DNA from: a virus
DNA: 64,000 nt
IMG/VR virus record: IMGVR_UViG_3300035180_002574
Span: 32,001-96,000 of that record
Reading direction: 5' to 3' (one strand)
This document shows, piece by piece, positions 63,101-64,000 of this stretch; within the stretch, counting starts at the first letter, position 1; every line of letters starts with the position of its first letter. The notes beneath the pieces are model-generated. The model ran no database searches. It was not told the origin of the DNA and worked only from the letters and a program-made list of their open reading frames with translations. The position numbers and the translations under genes are program-made.

Positions 63101-64000
63101 ATTTATCCATACGATTTTATCAAATCCCCATGGGCTTCCAGAATAAACTCCAGTATCTTTAACTAGATCATAATTACCAGATACTCTGCCAAATGAATCA
63201 ACGGATTTTGGTGCAAAATTACCGCCACTCAATGATCCGGTTACTTCTAAGATTTCATTAACTGGTTGAGAAGGCAATACGCCGTTTGCAATATTTTCAA
63301 CCCTTCTCTTATTTATTGTTTTCCCGGAGTCTCCAGGAATTTGTCCAAGAACAACATCATTTTTGGAGTTAGTTGGGTCGTTATTATTACTTTTATCTAT
63401 GTATATATATGAATCTGAATCTTCAACTAACGTTGAGCCCAGTGCTACGATATCTACTTTACCGCCAGACCCTTCCGATACAATAATTAATGAGCCATCG
63501 GCATTCTGTTTGGTAACAGTGCCATCTCTGGTCATAAGCGGGTTGCCGGGCTCAATAACAGCTACATCAGAGACCCCGGAAACACTCAAAGCAACATTCA
63601 AATAACCCAATGCTGTACCAACACTTGAACCGTTGAAAGACGCTAGTATTCTGTTTCGGAAATTAACATCGCTTTCTTGATCCACACCACCAGTAAATCC
63701 ATTGATGTTGGTAACATTTGAAACACCACTAATAGAAGTCCTAGATAATGCATATTTCCCGATATTACCAATTGAACCCGGACTACTTGCGATGACTGTT
63801 ATTTCTACAGCATATTGATCTGATATTCCAGCGAAATCTAGTTGGTCCCTATATTTAGCAGCTACTGATTTGTAAAAGTTTATTGAATTTGGATCAACGG
63901 TAGCTCCGTTAGCTACTTTAAAGGTAAAATTGTTATTGGCGTAAACTATATCACCCTTATTAATTGGAATGGTGGCGTTTATACTAGAAAACGTCATTAA
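60179..64000 (-). CDS. Baseplate J-like protein, extended, 5'-truncated by the window edge
   Basis: GSIGNI...GVSNVTN...GGVDQESD.NFR.RI...GT..GY...V.GV; frame open to the window end. Confidence 0.85.
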   Translation of the reverse strand, partial: LMTFSSINATIPINKGDIVYANNNFTFKVANGATVDPNSINFYKSVAAKYRDQLDFAGISDQYAVEITVIASSPGSIGNIGKYALSRTSISGVSNVTNINGFTGGVDQESDVNFRNRILASFNGSSVGTALGYLNVALSVSGVSDVAVIEPGNPLMTRDGTVTKQNADGSLIIVSEGSGGKVDIVALGSTLVEDSDSYIYIDKSNNNDPTNSKNDVVLGQIPGDSGKTINKRRVENIANGVLPSQPVNEILEVTGSLSGGNFAPKSVDSFGRVSGNYDLVKDTGVYSGSPWGFDKIVWINNNVSFNEDRIKGQFNGQDSTTFSDVLEIPKVTQNISITNENSKLTSDRSIIQLLHTPATNVTRVINVNTGERYLVADQNPDKTGTFNTTGRIKISGNTLPTSSDLLQVDYSWVVDYDQYADYDGLTHTYNPRTVNDSVDWGYSSSIKNERILFTNSGGNFFVGTASHNINSVVSIEQFVEVDAPVVKVTSGIFVNRLSVTLNNLAFPATSIKSVTLKNSNSEIYVTAQNDGSFTNNTNVVGINVLYNVTIILPSDTTAVAGDYATAIINNTDVFNNVSGVGSSNGTQITIPSSSIHTSANSIVLLATYIASVTDLVSSAITSIPISRAGNGFSLSNNNGFTNFSISNISRRENLIVQKNLSNQYYVETSLVANDFIFAPSSVVAIVRLTDGKLLWNSDNVGSITTGISGNYHLILSGFNSPAVNDRVLVIYYAQDVRRFQPFSFGNQMLSTKLNNLLQDPTTKRLYVPINYLTNQLSGLNFKIIEPNTNISLFSVTDGYMSVSNGVGSITSLSTNFNTLNDILGKKIQISQANDPNNNGVYDIIAYNPFTNIITIKNILDHITQDQVCILRVIDGKEVWNYNGTIDIVNNKLLLPAGAAALPNDLVYVMIFNINNLRKGSARLISTTTDQTVNTGVITIAGTTIAKGTDVVFTATNTGLKLNLAEAVRKSLGLNSAATIPSNIRLAKIAKLEKVVTVSANSDEVLEVTATYDVKNTKVQNNLLYLNEELSDSTLTSFDFILPNTVNNTLNTDIVNLPKIGDKLRVTFYYVTDNDSESLSYTRNGALYSNKKFVLVNRVYVSSGFKTSQATKITLTAFNQPSLGSRYTVFYRYLAPKQNERISIRFNYNQLISAVTFAIENNRPINADVIVRGAKQVLLDLTLNIVLTDSFKNSATSVVQSVKDKLITAMTTSQMGTIIDNPTLINVAQSVQGVARARIVYFNKTGVAGQVLSVQAQGDEYLAPNTIIVNTETR

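Overview
This 64 kb AT-rich, gene-dense window looks like part of a jumbo phage genome with a contractile tail. It holds baseplate J and wedge genes, giant beta-propeller/fibre proteins, a tubulin/FtsZ-family gene, its own sigma-70 factor, a DnaB/DnaC-like/SF2 helicase replication block, nucleotide metabolism genes (IMPDH/GMPR, ThyA, DHFR, NrdJ), IF-1, Map, PhoH and two cell-wall hydrolases. I saw no rRNA, tRNA or CRISPR array. Highlights: (1) a candidate virion-glycosylation system, made of a Thr-rich (Gly-Ala-Thr)20 collagen-like protein, a GT2-TPR glycosyltransferase inside the fibre cluster, and a separate RmlB + GT2 + GT2 + GT4 cluster next to structural genes; (2) a modular fibre cassette in which one gene is split at a G7 run and another has decayed; (3) an IS200/IS605 element whose ends (23274-24935), TTTAA target and interrupted host gene can be reconstructed, with tnpB split at an A-AAA-AAG slippery site; (4) several frameshifted genes that the ORF track splits or misses; (5) a split dockerin-like pair in a virion protein, a degenerate macrodomain, a tubulin with two possible starts and an Sm-like protein. 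All family calls come from motif recognition by eye; no database searches were run.
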